The notes under the pieces are model-generated. The model did no database searches and was not told the origin of the DNA. It saw nothing but the letters and a program-made list of their open reading frames with translations. A stretch of 64,000 nucleotides of DNA from an uncultured Holophaga sp. (lineage in GTDB: Bacteria; Acidobacteriota; Holophagae; Holophagales; Holophagaceae). Of the stretch, positions 1 to 10,158 are shown in pieces. A program made the position numbers and the translations under genes. Position 1 is the first letter of the stretch, and every line of letters begins with the position of its first letter. The stretch spans positions 2,878,783 to 2,942,782 of the forward strand of contig OY781925.1 of NCBI GenBank assembly GCA_963677305.1, read 5' to 3'.

Positions 1-531
1 GATGCTCTGGAGGATCTGGCGGGACTTCACCGCTTCCAGGGCCTCCATGGCCTCCATGAGGGCGAACCCCGTGCCCAGCCCGGCATAGCGCCCCTCCCGG
101 GTGGTGATGAAGCCATCCTTGAGGACCTTGGCCCCCTTGGCCACCGCCAGCTTCACCAGCTGCTCCGTGGGGGTGTCCGCGTCCACCACGAGGGCATCCT
201 TGTCCATCCAGGCGATGCAGGACTTGCGCCCGAAGAGCTCCCGGGCGAAGGGACGGGCGTAGGCCTCCAGGAAGATGCTCCGGTTGATCAGTCCGATGGG
301 CACCCCATCCTCGTTCACCACCGCCAGGGCCTCGGCCCGGGCATCCTGGGCGAAGCACTGCCGGACCTCCTCGTTGCTCATCTCGGACTCCACCGAGGGC
401 ACCCGCTGAGCGATCTGGTGCGCCCGGGTGAGCAGGGCCTTCTTGGTGGGTCCGGCGTCACAGATGGACGACACCGCCAGCAGATCATGCAATCGCTCGA
501 TCGTAGTCAAGGGACTTCCTCCACAAACCAT
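1..531 (-). CDS. CBS-domain-containing signalling protein, N-terminal part (gene continues beyond window start)
   Basis: Reverse-strand translation from an ATG near 531 gives MVCGGSPLTTIERLHDLL...VVNEDGVPIGLINRSIFLEAY...KDGFITTREGRYAGLGTGFALMEAMEALEAVKSRQ. CBS-like hydrophobic/Gly pattern. Open-ended at position 1; not in ORF track because it is truncated. Confidence 0.4.
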   Translation of the reverse strand, partial: MVCGGSPLTTIERLHDLLAVSSICDAGPTKKALLTRAHQIAQRVPSVESEMSNEEVRQCFAQDARAEALAVVNEDGVPIGLINRSIFLEAYARPFARELFGRKSCIAWMDKDALVVDADTPTEQLVKLAVAKGAKVLKDGFITTREGRYAGLGTGFALMEAMEALEAVKSRQILQSI

Positions 532-695
532 GCCCAGGCTAGCGAGGCATCCCCCCTCGTCGGCTATCTCCAAAAGGGGGCAGCTTTGTAACTTCCTGAC
601 ACCCAACCGATATTTCCAATCCTTGACCGCCTCTTTACGCCCTTGAAACAGCCCTTTCACACCTCTTGCGTCTCCTGTAAGGCACTGGAGGACGT

Positions 696-1769
696 ATGAA
701 GAAGATCATCCCGGTTGCGGCCCTGCTGCTGGCGGCCCTGGGCTGCGAACCCATCGTGTCCACGCCTGCGCCCCAGCCACCGAAGGTCCAGGAGCCCACT
801 CCCGCGCCTGCCACCCCGGCACCCGCCGCTGAGACTCCGCTGGTGATGCACCCCTCTCTCCCTGCCGTGGATGCAGCCCTCAATGGCTACCTTCCGGTGG
901 CCGATCCCCTTGAGGGCACCGTGGACATGGTCGGCTCGGATTCCATGGACCCCCTGGTGCAGCTCTGGGCCGAGAGCTTCCGCTCCATCTACCCCAAGCT
1001 GCAGTTCCAGATCATCTCCCGGGGTTCGGCCACGGCCCCCCGGGCACTCCTCGCGGGCACAACCCTGGTGGGGCATATGAGCCGCCCCATGAACGACGAA
1101 GAACTCAAGGCCTTCGAGGCCAAGTACGGCTATGCGCCAACCCGGGTTGTCGTGGCCGCCGACGCCCTGGCGGTCTACGTCAATGCCAACAACCCCATCA
1201 AGCAGCTGACCCTGCAGCAGGTGGACGCCATCTTCTCCTCCACCCGGAAGGCCGGCTACCCCAAGGACATCGCGGTCTGGGGCGGCCTCGGACTGACGGG
1301 GGAATGGGCAAGCCGGGCCATCCAGCCCTACGGACGCAATGAGAACTCCGGCACCCGGGCCTTCTTCAAGGAGCACACCCTGAAGAAGGGTGAGTACAAG
1401 GACATCGTCAAGGCGCTCCCGGACCAGTTCGCCACGGTCGAGGCCGTCGCCATGGACGGTGCCGGCATCGCCTATGGCCCGGTCCAGCACTCCGTCCGCA
1501 TGGTCAAGGCCGTCCCCCTGGTGGACTTCGGCGGCGGCGAACCCATGCTGCCCACGGTCGAGAACATCCTCGGGGCCCGCTACCCCCTCAACCGCTTCCT
1601 CTACATCTACGTCAACAAGGCCCCCGGCAAGGCCCTGCCCCTCCCCGTCCAGGAGTTCCTGACCTACATCCTCTCCCGAGAGGGCCAGAGCAGCGTGGCC
1701 AACTTCGGCGCCATCCCCCTGCCCGCCGGGGTGGCAGCCCAGAGCCTGGAGCGCCTGACGGCCCGCTGA
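696..1769 (+). CDS. pstS: Phosphate ABC transporter substrate-binding protein, PstS family (lipoprotein)
   Basis: 357 aa. Lipobox LAALGC after a signal peptide, PstS-like periplasmic binding-protein motifs (GSDSMDPL, ISRGSATAP, NENSGTRAFF). SD GGAG 6 nt upstream of ATG. No pstCAB nearby. Confidence 0.75.
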   Translation: MKKIIPVAALLLAALGCEPIVSTPAPQPPKVQEPTPAPATPAPAAETPLVMHPSLPAVDAALNGYLPVADPLEGTVDMVGSDSMDPLVQLWAESFRSIYPKLQFQIISRGSATAPRALLAGTTLVGHMSRPMNDEELKAFEAKYGYAPTRVVVAADALAVYVNANNPIKQLTLQQVDAIFSSTRKAGYPKDIAVWGGLGLTGEWASRAIQPYGRNENSGTRAFFKEHTLKKGEYKDIVKALPDQFATVEAVAMDGAGIAYGPVQHSVRMVKAVPLVDFGGGEPMLPTVENILGARYPLNRFLYIYVNKAPGKALPLPVQEFLTYILSREGQSSVANFGAIPLPAGVAAQSLERLTAR

Positions 1770-1820
1770 GCACCTGTTCAGCCAGAAAAGCAAAGGGGGC
1801 CTCGCGGCCCCCTCTTTCCG

Positions 1821-3110
1821 TCATCTGCGCTGTGCCAGCGGCACATAGTCCCGGGTCTCGGGCCCGATGAAGATCTGCCGGGGACGGGCGAGTTTCTGCT
1901 CGGGATCCTTCAGCATCTCAGCCCACTGCGCCACCCAGCCAGCGGTGCGGGGGACTGCGAAGAGCACCGTGAAGAAGTTGGCAGGAAGGTTCATGGCCCG
2001 ATAGATCAGTCCTGAGTAGAAGTCCACATTGGGGTAGAGGCTGCGGGAGATGAAGTAGTCGTCGCTGAGTGCCGCCTGCTCCAACTCAAGGGCCACATCC
2101 AGGAGCTTGTTGTGACCGGTCACCTCGAAGACAGCCTCAGCAGTCTTCTTGATGATGCGGCACCTGGGATCGTAGTTCTTGTAGATGCGGTGGCCGAAGC
2201 CCATGAGTCGGCCCTCGCCGCGCTTCACCTTCTCGATGAAGGCGGGGACGTTCTCCACACTGCCGATCTGCTCCAGCATCCGCAGCACCGCCTCGTTGGC
2301 CGCCCCGTGGAGGGGGCCGTAGAGAGCAGCGGCCGCACCGGAAAGGGCCGAGTAGGGATCGGCCTGGGAGGAGCCGATGGTCCGCATCACCGTGGTGCTG
2401 CAGTTCTGCTCGTGGTCCGCATGGAGGATGAAGAGGACATTGAGGGCCTTTTCCAGCACCGGATGGGGCTCGAAGTGGACCTCGGTCATGCGGAACATCA
2501 TCCGCAGGAAGCTGCCCACGAAGCTCAGACCGTCGTCAGGCCGATTGATGGGCCACCCCTGGTTGTGCCGGTAGGTGTAGGCCGCGATGGTGGCCACCTT
2601 GGCGAGCATCCGCACGATCTGCAGCCGCATGATCTCCGGGTCAGTGATGTTGCGGGAGTCGGGATAGAGGGTGGAGAGTGAGGCCACCGCGCTGATGAAG
2701 ACGCTCATGGGATGGGCGTCATAGCGGAAGGTCTGGATGAGGTTCTGGATGTTCGTGTGCACCATGGCATGGCGGCTGATCTCGAACTCCCAGGCACTCA
2801 GCTGCTCCGCGGTGGGCAGTTCCCCGTAGATCACCAGGTAGGCGGTCTCGAGGAAGGTACTGTGCTCGGCCAGCTGCTCGATGGGGATGCCCCGGTACTG
2901 CAGGATCCCGGCATCACCATCGATGTAGGTGATGGCGCTCTTGGTGGAGGCGGTGTTGGTGAGCCCCGGATCATAGGTCATGAGTCCGAAGTCGCCTTCA
3001 TCGACCTTGATCTGGCGCAGGTCCATGGCCCGGACGGTGCCCAGGCTGATGGGAACCTCGTACTGACGCCCGGTCCGGTTGTCGGTGATGGTGAGTGTGT
3101 CCTTGGACAT
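1821..3110 (-). CDS. gltA: Citrate synthase
   Basis: Conserved citrate synthase sequence (MSKDTL..., GFGHRIYKNYDPR, HADHEQNCSTT). Start chosen at MSKDTL (ATG 3110). The Gly/Arg-rich N-terminal extension in the track ORF was rejected. Confidence 0.9.
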   Translation of the reverse strand: MSKDTLTITDNRTGRQYEVPISLGTVRAMDLRQIKVDEGDFGLMTYDPGLTNTASTKSAITYIDGDAGILQYRGIPIEQLAEHSTFLETAYLVIYGELPTAEQLSAWEFEISRHAMVHTNIQNLIQTFRYDAHPMSVFISAVASLSTLYPDSRNITDPEIMRLQIVRMLAKVATIAAYTYRHNQGWPINRPDDGLSFVGSFLRMMFRMTEVHFEPHPVLEKALNVLFILHADHEQNCSTTVMRTIGSSQADPYSALSGAAAALYGPLHGAANEAVLRMLEQIGSVENVPAFIEKVKRGEGRLMGFGHRIYKNYDPRCRIIKKTAEAVFEVTGHNKLLDVALELEQAALSDDYFISRSLYPNVDFYSGLIYRAMNLPANFFTVLFAVPRTAGWVAQWAEMLKDPEQKLARPRQIFIGPETRDYVPLAQRR

Positions 3111-3118
3111 GCGCCCCC

Positions 3119-4327
3119 CTAGACCAGAGACTTGAGCCGCTCGGCGACCTTGTCCAGGAAGCCTTCGGTGGTTTCGAAGCCCTGGACCGCCGGGACCACC
3201 AGGCTGACCAGATCCTTGGTGACGACCCCCTCCTCGATGAGGCTGAGGACAGCCCGCTCGAGACGATGGCCGAAGGCCGTGACCTCGGGGGTCCCATCCA
3301 GCTCGCCCCGCTTCTTGATGGCGCCGGTCCAGGCGAAGATGGAGGCCACCGAGTTGGTGCTGGTGCTCTTGCCCTCGAGATGCTGGTAGTAGTGACGGCG
3401 CACGGTGCCGTGAGCGGCCTCGTATTCGAAGCAGCCATCGGGGCTCACCAGTACGGACTCCATCATGCCCAGGCTGCCGAAGCCGGCGGCGATCATGTCG
3501 GAGAAGACATCGCCGTCGTAGTTCATGCAGGCCCACAGCATGCCGCCGGGGTGCTTCATGATCTGAGCCACGGCATCATCGATGAGCATGTAGCGGTAGG
3601 AGATGCCCGCAGCCTTGAATTCATCCGCGTGCTTGGCGATCTCGGCTCCGAAGAGCTCCTTGAAGCGCCCGTGGTATTTCTTGCTGATGGTGTCCTTGGC
3701 GCCGAACCAGAGCTCCACCTTCTCCGAGAGGGCGTAGGCGATGCAGGCCCGGGCGAAGGAAATGATGGAGGCATCGGTATTGTGCATGCCCATGACCACG
3801 CCCCCCCCGTTCTTGAAGGTGTGGACGGGGTATTTCACGGCCTCGCCGCCCTCGGGGGTGTAGACCAGGTCCACCTGCCCTGCAGCGGGGATCACCACGT
3901 CCTGGGTCTTGTAGATGTCGCCGTAGGCGTGGCGCCCGATGATGATGGGCAGCCTCCAGCTGCGCACCGCTGGCTCGATATTCTTGACGATGATGGGCTT
4001 GCGGAAGACCGTCCCATCCAGGATGGCCCGCAGGGTGCCATTGGGGCTGGGCCAGGCCTTCTTGAGGCTGTACTCCTTCACCCGATCGGCGTCGGGGGTG
4101 ATGGTGGCGCACTTCACACCCACACGGTGCTTCTTGATGGCGTTGGCCGCCTCCACCGTGATGGCGTCGTCGGTCTCATCCCGCTTGGGCAGGCCGAGAT
4201 CGTAGTACTCCAGGTCCACATCCAGATAGGGCAGGATCAGCTTCTCCTTGATGAGCGCCCAGATGATCCGGGTCATCTCGTCGCCGTCGAGCTCTACGAT
4301 GGGGTTCTTGACCTTGATCCTGCTCAT
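3119..4327 (-). CDS. icd: NADP-dependent isocitrate dehydrogenase (IDH1-like, ~400 aa type)
   Basis: 402 aa, strong similarity to eukaryotic-type NADP-IDH ([34 protein letters not shown]). 4-bp ATGA overlap with the upstream aconitase gene. Confidence 0.9.
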   Translation of the reverse strand: MSRIKVKNPIVELDGDEMTRIIWALIKEKLILPYLDVDLEYYDLGLPKRDETDDAITVEAANAIKKHRVGVKCATITPDADRVKEYSLKKAWPSPNGTLRAILDGTVFRKPIIVKNIEPAVRSWRLPIIIGRHAYGDIYKTQDVVIPAAGQVDLVYTPEGGEAVKYPVHTFKNGGGVVMGMHNTDASIISFARACIAYALSEKVELWFGAKDTISKKYHGRFKELFGAEIAKHADEFKAAGISYRYMLIDDAVAQIMKHPGGMLWACMNYDGDVFSDMIAAGFGSLGMMESVLVSPDGCFEYEAAHGTVRRHYYQHLEGKSTSTNSVASIFAWTGAIKKRGELDGTPEVTAFGHRLERAVLSLIEEGVVTKDLVSLVVPAVQGFETTEGFLDKVAERLKSLV

Positions 4328-6279
4328 TTCGACTCCTTGGCGTGGGCGAGGGAGCCGCCGGCGAGGACGATGGCCCGCTGGCGGTCGCTCAATTCAAGTT
4401 TCACACGGAAGGAAGTGCCCTGGGTCCGGTTCTGGACCTCGATGGCGCCCCCGGCGGAGATGGCCTCCCGGATCCCGGGGATTTCGAGGCGGTCACCGGC
4501 CTGGAGGGAAGCATAGTCCTCCTCCCGCTCGAAGATCAGGGGCAGGATGCCGAAGTTCACCAGGTTGGCAGCATGGATGCGCTCGTAGGACTGGGCGATG
4601 ATGGCCTTGACCCCCAGGAAGGCGGGACAGATGGCGGCGTGCTCGCGGCTGGAACCCTGACCGTACGAGGCCCCGGCCACAATGATGTTGTGGATGCCGG
4701 CATCGCGATTCTGCGAGGCCCGGGCGGAGAAGGCCCTGTCCACGTTCTCGAAGACGAACTCCGCGTAGGCCTTGATATTCGAACGGAACTTCATGCGGGA
4801 ACCCGCCGGGGCGATGTGATCGGTGGTGATCTTGTCGCCCAGCTTGATGGTGGCCACACCCTGGAGGGCACCGGGATAGGCCTCGCTCTTGAGGGGCTCG
4901 CCGATGTTGGGCCCGCGCTCGATCCAGATGCTGGCCGGATCGGGGGTCTCCTCGGGACGGATGATCATGCGGTCGTCCACCAGGAACTCGGCGGGCACCG
5001 TGACCTGGGGATAGGCCATGCCCAGATCCCGGGGATCGGTGATCTTGCCCGTGATGACCGCGGCGGCGGCGGTCTCGGGACTCACCAGGTAGACCTGGGC
5101 ATCCTGGGTCCCGGAGCGCGCCTCGAAGTTGCGGTTGGAGGTGCGAAGGCTCACGCCCCCGCTGTTGGGGGACTGGCCATTGCCGATGCAGAAGCCGCAG
5201 CAGGGCTCCACGAAGCGGCCGCCTGCGGCCACCAGCATGTCGTAGTAGCCGTCCTTGGTGATATTGCGCACCACCTGCTTGGAACCGGGGGTCACCACGA
5301 AGCTGACCTCGGGATGGGTCACCCTGTCCTCCAGCACCTTGGCGGCGGTGGCCAGGTCCCGGTAGGAAGAGTTGGTGCAAGAGCCGAGACAGACCTGGTG
5401 GACCGTCTTGCCGGCGATGTCGCGCACCTTGGCGATGTTGCCGGGACTGTGGGGCAGTGCCGCAAGGGGCTCCAGCTCACTCAGGTCGATCTCGATGGAC
5501 TTGAAGTACTCGGCGTCCGCATCGGCAGAGAGTTCCGTCCAGTCCGCCTCGCGGCCCTGGGACTTCATGAAGACCAGGGTGGTGGCATCGCTGGGGAAAA
5601 TGGAGGTGGTCACACCCATCTCAGCGCCCATGTTGGCGATGGTGGCCCGCTCGGGCACGGAGAGGGTCTTCAGGCCCTCACCGGCGTACTCCATGATGCA
5701 GCCCACGTTGCCCTTGGTGCCGAAGAGCTCCAGCATCTTGAGGGCCACATCCTTCGCCGATACCCAGGGCTGCAGGGCACCCTTGAGCTTCACCTGGATC
5801 ACCTTGGGACAGCTCATATAGAAAGGGCCGCCCCCCATGGCCATGGCCACATCCAGGCCACCTGCGCCGATGGCGATCATGCCGATGCCGCCCCCGGTGG
5901 GGGTGTGGCTGTCGGAACCCAGGAGGGTGCGACCGGGCTTGCCGAAGCGCTCAACGTGCACCTGATGGCAGATGCCGTTGCCCGCCCTGGAGAGGAAGAT
6001 GCCGTATTTGCGGGCGATGCTGGCGAGATAGCGGTGGTCATCGGCATTCTCAAAGCCCACCTGCAGGGTGTTGTGATCAATGTAGCTCACCGAGAGTTCG
6101 GTCTTCACCCGGGGGATCCCCATGGTCTCGAACTGCAGATAGGCCATGGTGCCCGTGGCGTCCTGGGTCAGGGTCTGATCGATCCGAATGCCGATCTCCT
6201 CGCCTACAGCCCAGGTTCCTTCAAGGATGCGGGGCTCCAGGATCTTGCGGGTGAGGCTCTTTCCCATGCGATTCTCCAT
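4324..6279 (-). CDS. Aconitate hydratase (~650-aa aconitase family)
   Basis: 651 aa with aconitase Fe-S cluster ligand regions ([30 protein letters not shown]) and a swivel-domain C-terminus. Confidence 0.85.
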   Translation of the reverse strand: MENRMGKSLTRKILEPRILEGTWAVGEEIGIRIDQTLTQDATGTMAYLQFETMGIPRVKTELSVSYIDHNTLQVGFENADDHRYLASIARKYGIFLSRAGNGICHQVHVERFGKPGRTLLGSDSHTPTGGGIGMIAIGAGGLDVAMAMGGGPFYMSCPKVIQVKLKGALQPWVSAKDVALKMLELFGTKGNVGCIMEYAGEGLKTLSVPERATIANMGAEMGVTTSIFPSDATTLVFMKSQGREADWTELSADADAEYFKSIEIDLSELEPLAALPHSPGNIAKVRDIAGKTVHQVCLGSCTNSSYRDLATAAKVLEDRVTHPEVSFVVTPGSKQVVRNITKDGYYDMLVAAGGRFVEPCCGFCIGNGQSPNSGGVSLRTSNRNFEARSGTQDAQVYLVSPETAAAAVITGKITDPRDLGMAYPQVTVPAEFLVDDRMIIRPEETPDPASIWIERGPNIGEPLKSEAYPGALQGVATIKLGDKITTDHIAPAGSRMKFRSNIKAYAEFVFENVDRAFSARASQNRDAGIHNIIVAGASYGQGSSREHAAICPAFLGVKAIIAQSYERIHAANLVNFGILPLIFEREEDYASLQAGDRLEIPGIREAISAGGAIEVQNRTQGTSFRVKLELSDRQRAIVLAGGSLAHAKESK

Positions 6280-6789
6280 GACAGTTCCACCTGTAGATCG
6301 ACCAACCCCGTCAGGAATCCGGGGTGCGGCGGTTTTTCAGCTTAGTCGTTTTCCTACAGGAATTTCTTCAAGAACCTTTTCTTGAATGGCAGGGGATGAG
6401 GTCGGCCCTCCCACTGTTCTCCCGGGACTTCCCCCGACTGGAATCCGGAGCTCCCGCCAGGGTCAACCGCCTGAAGCCGGAGGGCTCGCTCCCCCAGGGT
6501 TCACACCCTCTTGGTCACAAATTTGTAGGAAGCAACTTTCCAATCCACACATAAGCGCCTTTTTATATTCATTTAAACCACATTGTGCCCCCTGACCATC
6601 AGACGCCTCCACATGGTCCGGGTCAAGAGCGCGCCCTTCGTCCGATAGCCAACCCGCCCCAGGTCCGGGTCCGTCAAGGGCACCCGGGGAACCCATGTCC
6701 CGAAAGGAAGATCCCACTCAGGTTGGCCTTTCCACGCCCCTCCGGAAAGGACTTGAGCCTGACGAACTGCCCCCTGGAAATCCGGACTA

Positions 6790-6900
6790 CAAATTTGGAT
6801 GGGAAATAGGCATGACCTACATTTTTGTATCAAATTTATATCATAAATAGACTGAATCAAAAATAAATACTGTTTTTTTAGATATTTAATTTTCTTTATG
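6790..6900. promoter_or_regulatory. AT-rich island in the acn/amtB divergent intergenic region (probable promoter or regulator-binding region)
   Basis: ~110 bp at roughly 25% GC inside a 68% GC genome, immediately upstream of amtB. Contains a CAAATTTG palindrome and a CAAATTT half-site copy; a full 10-bp palindrome copy lies upstream at 6517-6526. Confidence 0.3.
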
Positions 6901-7059
6901 CCCTGAAGCAGCTTCGGTACGCCCCCTGCAATGAGAGGGGCAAGAGGGCTTCGTCACCCAACCCGATGAACCCGCCGCAGGAGGAAGCATGTCTTCGATG
7001 ACTGGAAACTTTGTCAGCCGGGTCTTTGCCCGGTCGGCCGATCTGGAGGGAGCTGCCCG

Positions 7060-8622
7060 ATGATCCTCAAAACCCCCAAAGCCCGCGTCATGGCGGTCCT
7101 GGCCCTTGCGGCCGTGAGTACCGTCCTCTTCGCCGCCGACCCAGGCGGCGGCGCCACTGGCGGCATCCAGAACGTCCCTGCAGCCGTGGCCGGCAGCCCC
7201 ACCCTCCAGGAGGTCGCCACCGCCGTCGGTCAGACCCGGGTCTCCATGAACTTCGTGTGGTCCCTGGTCTGCGCCTTCCTGGTCATGTTCATGCAGGCTG
7301 GCTTCGCCCTGGCCGAGACCGGCTTCACCCAGGCCAAGAACGCCGCCCACACCATGCTGATGAACTTCATGGTCTACGGCATCGGCATCCTGGGCTTCTG
7401 GATCTGCGGCTACGCCCTCCAGATGGGCGGTGCCGGTGTCGCGACCGGCGCCACCCTCGCCCCCCCCGAAGGACTTAACCATCTCTGGACCGTAGGCCAC
7501 GCAGGCTGGGGCCTCGTCGGCCTCAAGGGTTTCTTCCTCACGGGCTCTGCCTACGATGTGTCCGCCTTCGCCACCTTCCTCTTCCAGATGGTGTTCATGG
7601 ACACGGCCCTGACCATCCCCACGGGTGCCATGGCTGAGCGCTGGACCCTGAAGAGCTTCGTGGTCTACGCCTTCATCGCCTCCATGTTCATCTACCCGGT
7701 CTACGGCAACTGGGTCTGGGGCGGCGGCTGGCTCTCCCAGCTCGGCAAGAACCTCGGCTGGGGCCACGGCTACGTTGACTTCGCCGGCTCCGGCGTGGTG
7801 CACCTCACCGGCGGCGTGATGGCCCTCACCGGTTCCTACTGCCTCGGCCCCCGCATCGGGAAGTTCGTGAAGGGCAAGGCTCAGGCCATCCCCGGCCACA
7901 ACGTCCCCATGGCCTTCCTCGGCTGCTTCATCCTGGCCTTCGGCTGGTTCGGCTTCAACGCCGGCTCCACCCTGGCGGGCACCGACCTCCGTCTGGCTGT
8001 GGTCGCCACCAACACCATGCTGGCCTCCGCCTCCGGTTCCCTGGGCGCCTACTTCTTCACCAAGGTGAAGTACGGCCGTCCTGACCCCTCCATGGCCGCC
8101 AACGGCATGCTGGCCGGCATGGTCGCCATCACCGCCCCCTGCGCCTTCGTCAACGCCCCCGTCGCCGTCCTCATCGGCCTCATCGCCGGCGTGCTGGTGG
8201 TCCTGGCCGCGCTCTTCGTGGAGAACACCATGAAGATCGACGACCCCGTCGGCGCCATCGCCGTCCACGGTGTCAACGGCATCTGGGGCATGATCGCCCT
8301 GGGCCTCTTCGCCGACGGCACCTATGGTGGTGGCTGGAACGGCGCTGCCGCCTCCGGCGTCACGGGCCTCTTCTATGGCGACCCCAAGCAGCTCCTGGCC
8401 CAGATCGCTGGCGTCGTGGCCAACCTCGTCTGGGTCGGCGTCACCAGCTTCATCATGTTCAAGGTCATCGACAAGGTCATCGGCCTGCGCGTGAAGCCCG
8501 CCGAGGAACTGCAGGGCCTCGACTTCCACGAAGTTTCCGCCCCTGCCTACCCCAGCCAGGGCTCCATCATCAACACGCCTATCCTTGTGGACGGAACCCT
8601 CAAGACTGGAGGCAAAGCATGA
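7060..8622 (+). CDS. amtB: Ammonium transporter
   Basis: 520 aa, Amt/MEP family (signal peptide, FAL...GFAL...YGIGILGFW, DFAGSGVVH, multiple TM helices). SD GGAGGG 9 nt upstream. Confidence 0.9.
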   Translation: MILKTPKARVMAVLALAAVSTVLFAADPGGGATGGIQNVPAAVAGSPTLQEVATAVGQTRVSMNFVWSLVCAFLVMFMQAGFALAETGFTQAKNAAHTMLMNFMVYGIGILGFWICGYALQMGGAGVATGATLAPPEGLNHLWTVGHAGWGLVGLKGFFLTGSAYDVSAFATFLFQMVFMDTALTIPTGAMAERWTLKSFVVYAFIASMFIYPVYGNWVWGGGWLSQLGKNLGWGHGYVDFAGSGVVHLTGGVMALTGSYCLGPRIGKFVKGKAQAIPGHNVPMAFLGCFILAFGWFGFNAGSTLAGTDLRLAVVATNTMLASASGSLGAYFFTKVKYGRPDPSMAANGMLAGMVAITAPCAFVNAPVAVLIGLIAGVLVVLAALFVENTMKIDDPVGAIAVHGVNGIWGMIALGLFADGTYGGGWNGAAASGVTGLFYGDPKQLLAQIAGVVANLVWVGVTSFIMFKVIDKVIGLRVKPAEELQGLDFHEVSAPAYPSQGSIINTPILVDGTLKTGGKA

Positions 8623-8984
8623 AGATTATCAGCGCCATCATCCGCCCCGAAAAGCTTGAGGACGTGAAGGCCGCCCTCTTCGCCGCCGAAGTGACCGGCA
8701 TGACCATCTCCCGAGTGGCCGGCCATGGGGGCGAGAAGACCGAGTTCGAGTCCTACCGCGGTGCTCCCCTGGTCTATGAGTTCCACGAGAAGATCCGCAT
8801 CGAGATCGCCGTTTCGGACCCCTTTGTCGAGGTGACCATCAACGCCATCCTCGGCGCGGCCCGCACCGGCGAGGTGGGCGACGGAAAGATCTTCATCCGC
8901 CCCGTGGACGAGATCATCCGCATCCGCACCGGCGAGCGTTCCAACGACGCTCTCACCCCGGACCCCACGCGGTTCAAGAAGTAG
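8619..8984 (+). CDS. glnK: Nitrogen regulatory protein P-II
   Basis: 121 aa, MKIISAIIRPEKLEDVK...GAPLVYEFHEKIRIEIAV...TGEVGDGKIFI, classic P-II. ATGA overlap with amtB. Confidence 0.9.
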   Translation: MKIISAIIRPEKLEDVKAALFAAEVTGMTISRVAGHGGEKTEFESYRGAPLVYEFHEKIRIEIAVSDPFVEVTINAILGAARTGEVGDGKIFIRPVDEIIRIRTGERSNDALTPDPTRFKK

Positions 8985-9050
8985 CCTGACCCACCGGGGG
9001 GTGCCTGGACCCACCAGGCACTCCCTTCCTCAGACACCCAACCCAACCCA

Positions 9051-9812
9051 TTGAGGAACCCAGACATGCACCTGACCAAGTCCCTGGCCATCGCCGCCCT
9101 CGCAGCCTGCATCCCCGCCTTCGCCGCGGATGCCCCCGCCTCCCCCCACACCTTCACCGGCAACTTCGGCCTGACCACGGACTACACCTTCCGCGGCCTG
9201 ACCCAGAACAACAGCCGTCCCGCCGTACAGGGGGGCTTCGACTACTCCCACGCCTGCGGTTTCTATGCCGGCTTCTGGGCCTCCAACGCCTCCTGGGTCA
9301 TCGCCGGCGATGGCGGCAGCAGCTCGATGGAGACGGATTTCTACCTGGGCTACCGCTTCAGCCCCGTGAAGGATCTCACCCTGGACCTGGGCGCCATTGA
9401 GTACTACTATCCTGGCCAGTACAGCTCGGACGTCACCAAGCCCCACACCACGGAGGCTTACCTCAGCGCCACCTACAAGTGGGTCAACGTGAAGTACAGC
9501 CAGGCCATCAGCAGCGACTGGTTCCAGTTCGCCGACGCCAAGAACACCAAGTATGTCGAGGGCAATGTGACCCTGCCCCTGCCCCAGGGCCTGAGCCTCG
9601 TGCTTCACGGCGGCCGCCAGGAGCTCAACTCCACTTACAGCGAGCTGAGCTACAACGACTACAAGGCCGCCCTCACCAAAGAGGTCATCCCCACCTACAC
9701 CGTGGGCCTGACCTATACCTATGCCAACACCGACAAGGCCCTCTGGATGGAGGCCAACGGCGACAACCTCGGAGGCAGTCGCGTCGCTCTCAGCCTGGTC
9801 AAGGCCTTCTGA
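9051..9812 (+). CDS. TorF-family putative outer-membrane porin (TIGR02001-like beta-barrel)
   Basis: Signal peptide, then FTGNFGLTTDYTFRGLTQNN...GGFDYSHACGFYAGFWASN, characteristic of the TorF/gcw_chp family. Ends in aromatic F. This family is frequently adjacent to amtB/glnK. Confidence 0.6.
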   Translation: MRNPDMHLTKSLAIAALAACIPAFAADAPASPHTFTGNFGLTTDYTFRGLTQNNSRPAVQGGFDYSHACGFYAGFWASNASWVIAGDGGSSSMETDFYLGYRFSPVKDLTLDLGAIEYYYPGQYSSDVTKPHTTEAYLSATYKWVNVKYSQAISSDWFQFADAKNTKYVEGNVTLPLPQGLSLVLHGGRQELNSTYSELSYNDYKAALTKEVIPTYTVGLTYTYANTDKALWMEANGDNLGGSRVALSLVKAF

Positions 9813-9842
9813 GCCCCGAGAGTCACACGAGCCGAGACACCC

Positions 9843-9882
9843 GGAACACCCGCCCTCAAAGGCGGGTGTTCCGCTTCTGGGG
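9843..9882 (+). terminator. Rho-independent terminator after the porin gene
   Basis: Perfect 13-bp stem cggaacacccgcc / ggcgggtgttccg with a 6-nt loop, followed by CTTCTGGGG. Confidence 0.55.
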
Positions 9883-10158
9883 CTTGGGAGACAAGGAAAT
9901 CACAAGAAGTCACAAATATGAAGGGCCGCCAGAACCTTCATACATTTTTGTCACATCTTGCACCCCAAACACCCCTCAAACAATCGCCCATATCAATGAC
10001 TTCAATGACTTTATACACCTCTCCCAAAAGCAAGGCTTTTCGGCACAACCCCTGCTCATAGATGGGTAGGGGAAGCCCTGTCCGCACCCCCCGCAAGCCC
10101 CTCGCGGAACGCAGTCCGGGCCCCCTCCGAGCAAGCCATCCCGAAAGGAACCGATTCC

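Noticed and set aside
657-1793. 378-aa minus-strand ORF fully antisense to pstS
   Set aside because: Gly/Arg/Asp/Val-rich antisense artefact of a high-GC gene; the sense strand encodes a recognisable PstS.
1821-3536. N-terminal 142-aa extension of the citrate synthase ORF
   Set aside because: Arg/Gly/His-rich, overlaps the icd 3' end. The conserved protein begins at MSKDTL (ATG 3110).
3095-6345. Long plus-strand ORFs (473 aa, 667 aa) antisense to icd and aconitase
   Set aside because: Low-complexity Gly/Asp/Leu/His-rich translations opposite strongly conserved TCA enzymes. Typical GC-rich shadow ORFs.
6990-7020. Possible sigma-54 (-24/-12) promoter TGGAAACTTTGTCAGC upstream of amtB
   Set aside because: GG-to-GC spacing is 11 rather than 10 nt and the -12 TTGC element is not matched; not callable.
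6886-8529. 547-aa minus-strand ORF antisense to amtB
   Set aside because: Gly/Glu/Asp/His-rich, no start context; amtB on the plus strand is unambiguous.
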